This document shows, piece by piece, positions 62,013 through 64,000 of a stretch of 64,000 bases of DNA. Made by a program: the position numbers and the translations under genes. Within the stretch, counting starts at the first letter, position 1. Each line of letters opens with the position of its first letter. Source of the DNA: Longimicrobiales bacterium (GTDB lineage: Bacteria; Gemmatimonadota; Gemmatimonadetes; Longimicrobiales; Gaopeijiaceae); contig CBDDCX010000008.1 of assembly GCA_965226375.1 (NCBI GenBank), positions 96,001 through 160,000 of the forward strand, in the 5' to 3' direction. The notes beneath the pieces are model-generated. The model did not search any database. It saw only the letters and a list, made by a program, of their open reading frames with translations, and had not been told where the DNA came from.

Positions 62013-62224
62013 CGACTCCCACTACGCGTCTAGTGTCTCCACTTCGAAGCTCACCCTCCGTGCATCGAACGCCATGCGGCCGCCGATGTGCCTGGAGTTG
62101 TCGATGGGCTCGGGGTACCCCCGAGGTTGGGTCAATAGGTGTGTAAACGTATCAGGCGGTATTCTTCCGCTGTTGGGTTGAGACCTCTTTTATATATATG
62201 TAGTAGTATGGCTAGTAGTGGTGG

Positions 62225-62580
62225 GCTGTGGACCCAGGACCGGGCCGATCCGGTCGCACGGGTTGTCGATCCGAAACTCCATCGCCACGGCCCATTCCAA
62301 CACCGCACGGAGGCGTTGGCGCAGCTTCCGGGCGGTGGCCCGCCTTCTCGTGCCAGATGGGCGCGAGGATCTCCAGCATGTCGGCGCTAGTGACCTCCGA
62401 CACCGGCACCTTCCCGACCCGCGGGAAGGCATACCGCTCGAAGGTCAACATCCAGTCGCGGCCCTGCGCTCGACTTCGCCACCCGGCCCTCTTCTGCTCG
62501 ACCACACGTCGAGCGGCTTCGGCGAACGTGGGTATGCCGACGGAGCGCCGCTTCTCGGCCAGCGGGTCGCCGAGAACCAG
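62225..62580 (-). pseudogene. P4-like integrase internal fragment, frameshifted
   Basis: DPLAEKRR..PTFAEAA...YAFPRVG..PVSEVTSAD.L..LAPIWHEK / ATARKLRQRLRAVLEWAVA...DNPC; AACTGTTGGGA direct repeats near 62724-62746. Confidence 0.75.
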
Positions 62581-62952
62581 GCCCGTGGCGGCACCCGCGG
62601 CCGCCGAGATCAACAAGGGGGATCGGTGAGCACATCCACCACGGGGAGTCAGTGGGTGAGTTTGAAGAGTCGGACAAGCAGGTACAGCAGGTAGTGAGAG
62701 CTGATCGCCGGACCTCGCTATCCCAACTGTTGGGAGAACTGTTGGGACGTTGAGGCCTTGAGATATCCTCTGAGACCTGATCTTCCCTGAACCCAAGGTC
62801 TCCAGAGGCCCCGTCCTTGCGGGGCTCGTCGGCTCTGACCCGTCCTCGCAGCTCCTCGTTCCATGCCTTGCCAGGGCGGCGCATCGGTCCCCTCGGTGCG
62901 TCACCGTATTTCGGGCACAGGACACGAGTGTCCTGAGGTCCGTAGAGCCTCG

Positions 62953-64000
62953 TCAGTCCCCCGCGGTTCCGACCACAGTGGACTCGATGTCCTGTTCCAG
63001 CATCTGTCGACGGAGGAGTGTGGCGTAGGTACCACCGAGGGCCATGAGTTCGGAATGCCGGCCGCGCTCCGCGATGCGGCCGTCTGTCAGAACCAGGATC
63101 AGGTCGGCGTTCATGACCGCCGAGACCCGGTGGCTGATGATGAATGACGTCCGTCCCGCCATCACCCGAGCCAGGTCGTCCAGAATGCGGGCCTCGGTAT
63201 CGGTGTCGACCGCGCTCAATGCGTCGTCCAGAATCAAGATCGTGGGGTCGCGCGCCACAGCACGGGCCAAAGTCGCGCGTTGCTTTTGACCTCCCGAGAG
63301 GTTGATCCCTCGCTCACCCAGATAGGTGCCGTAGCCCTTCGGAAACCCGCGGATCGACTCGTCCAGCTGGGCGATGCGAGCCGCCTCGGCCACGGCCTCT
63401 TCAGGATCTTCCAGAGGTCCCTCCGGGACGTTGTGGGCCTGGCGCTCCTCGCGCGCCCACCAGTCTCCGGGAAGTCCAAGGCCGATGTTTTCCTCGATGG
63501 TCGTGGAGAACAGGAACGGATCCTGCGGAACCATGCCGATCAGGGTCCGTAATTCTTCCGGGTCCAACTTCCTGACACCGACTCCGTCCACCAACACCTC
63601 ACCTTCGGTGGCGTCGTAGACTCGCGGGATCAGCGAGACGAGGGTCGTTTTGCCCGAGCCTGTGGGGCCCACCACCGCCACGGTCTCGCCGGGCTTGGCC
63701 ACGAATGAGACGTTTTCCAAGACGAGGCGTTCGGTACCGGGGTATCGGAACGACACGTTCCGGAACTCGATCTCCCCCCGCGCGCTCTCGAGGCGAGTGG
63801 GGAGCTGGGGAGCTCGGACGTCGGGCTCGGTGGATAGGATCTTGTTGATGCGGCCCATGCTCGCGGCGCCCCTCTGGTACAGGTTGACCACCCACCCCAG
63901 GGCGATGAGGGGCCAGATGAGAAGTGCCAGGTAGATCTGGAACGCTACGAAGGCACCGATGGTGATTCGCCCGGCGATGACCTCCAGTCCTCCGAACCAG
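62953..64000 (-). CDS. ABC transporter, fused permease/ATPase (MsbA/MdlA-like), C-terminal part
   Basis: GPTGSGKT, LSGGQKQR, LILDDALSAVD, ISHR; runs off the window end. Confidence 0.92.
   Translation of the reverse strand, partial: WFGGLEVIAGRITIGAFVAFQIYLALLIWPLIALGWVVNLYQRGAASMGRINKILSTEPDVRAPQLPTRLESARGEIEFRNVSFRYPGTERLVLENVSFVAKPGETVAVVGPTGSGKTTLVSLIPRVYDATEGEVLVDGVGVRKLDPEELRTLIGMVPQDPFLFSTTIEENIGLGLPGDWWAREERQAHNVPEGPLEDPEEAVAEAARIAQLDESIRGFPKGYGTYLGERGINLSGGQKQRATLARAVARDPTILILDDALSAVDTDTEARILDDLARVMAGRTSFIISHRVSAVMNADLILVLTDGRIAERGRHSELMALGGTYATLLRRQMLEQDIESTVVGTAGD

Noticed and set aside
62030..62682. Weak inverted similarity (TGTC...TTC.AA.CTCACCC) around the integrase relic
   Set aside because: Too short and gapped to support as element ends

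Overview
GC-rich bacterial window. The gene repertoire (ADOP permease, DUF5916, DUF2723, PD40-amidohydrolase, fused E1) suggests a Gemmatimonadota/Acidobacteriota-like organism (inference). There are three zones. (1) 1230-5895 is a nested mobile-element stack: a degenerate IS481-family element contains an IS3-family element (3765-5331, GCGG target duplication) and an antisense group IIC intron (1339-3238) inserted just after a terminator-like hairpin; both flanking genes have lost their 5' ends. (2) ~7.7-44.2 kb holds housekeeping and metabolic genes, including an ECF sigma/anti-sigma pair, a possible lysine-pipecolate catabolic set, a DedA-CoaE-PHP triple fusion and two MITE-like elements. 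(3) 44.2-62.9 kb is an accessory region with an integrative element (tyrosine integrase, excisionase, Prim-Pol/helicase). Its cargo is the best candidate for an undescribed system: an RM-type controller (C) protein with a canonical-looking 35-bp C-box lies upstream of an RNase H-fold/DUF429-like putative nuclease rather than a classical restriction enzyme, divergent from an MmeI-like fused RM enzyme. The region also has repeated att-like sites, a PafA/Dop-family fragment and other gene relics. Several 1-2 bp indels suggest residual sequencing errors. No rRNA, tRNA or CRISPR array was seen. All family assignments come from motif recognition by eye, not database searches.
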